From: an uncultured Pirellulales bacterium
GTDB lineage: Bacteria; Planctomycetota; Phycisphaerae; Sedimentisphaerales; Anaerobacaceae
DNA: 64,000 bases
Assembly (NCBI GenBank): GCA_964568985.1
Contig: CAZMSP010000001.1
Span: forward strand, 11,179-75,178
Direction of reading: 5' to 3'
Part shown: positions 63,969 through 64,000 of the stretch, piece by piece
Numbering within the stretch: position 1 is the stretch's first letter
Layout of the letters: every line of letters begins with the position of its first letter
Position numbers and translations under genes: made by a program
Notes under the pieces: generated by a model
What the model saw: the letters and a program-made list of their open reading frames with translations, nothing else
Told to the model about the DNA's origin: nothing
Database searches by the model: none

Positions 63969-64000
63969 ATCTGTGGTTCGGCTGAGCGACTTGTCTGAAC

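Overview
No homology search was run. All calls rest on motifs read from the ORF track and on patterns read in the DNA.

The window is 64 kb of chromosome from a diderm bacterium (LptB, YidC and PEP-CTERM proteins are present). The phylum cannot be fixed from sequence alone; PVC/Planctomycetota-like is only a guess.

**Layout**
- 1-13.5 kb: housekeeping genes. These are a parvulin PPIase, a URO-D-like protein, a thioesterase, a DUF62 gene carrying an in-frame TAA, an FG-GAP propeller, purF-purM, a receiver protein, an aldo/keto reductase and an SPL-like radical SAM gene.
- 13.55-38.7 kb: a minus-strand phage-derived packaging and structural cluster. In transcription order it encodes a sigma-like regulator, ABC ATPase, GNAT, ParB-like protein, TerS-like protein, MTase cassette, TerL, a 6.5-kb cargo island, portal, scaffold, major capsid and about 10 virion or tailspike-like ORFs.
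  - I could not recognise an integrase, repressor, replication, lysis or tape-measure gene.
  - The cargo island holds two PEP-CTERM proteins, an atypical PfkB kinase, a GYD protein and an XRE-ImmA/PIN pair.
- 38.7-39.85 kb: a 1.1-kb AT-rich non-coding gap.
- 39.85-64 kb: an origin-proximal core block with aspS, a heme-motif histidine kinase, coaD, queD, mcsA-mcsB, dnaK, mnmE, yidC, lptB, def-fmt-rsmB, a radical SAM/SPASM gene, dnaA with upstream DnaA-box-like sites, a DinG-like helicase and a TPR protein.

**Most unusual signal**
Short degenerate heptamer word arrays and REP-like hairpins fill gene boundaries across the window. The arrays are often arranged as inverted arms. They start exactly on stop codons and end just before start codons. 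They also sit in frame inside mnmE, dnaA, the dinG-like gene, yidC, terL, the portal gene and the ParB-like gene.
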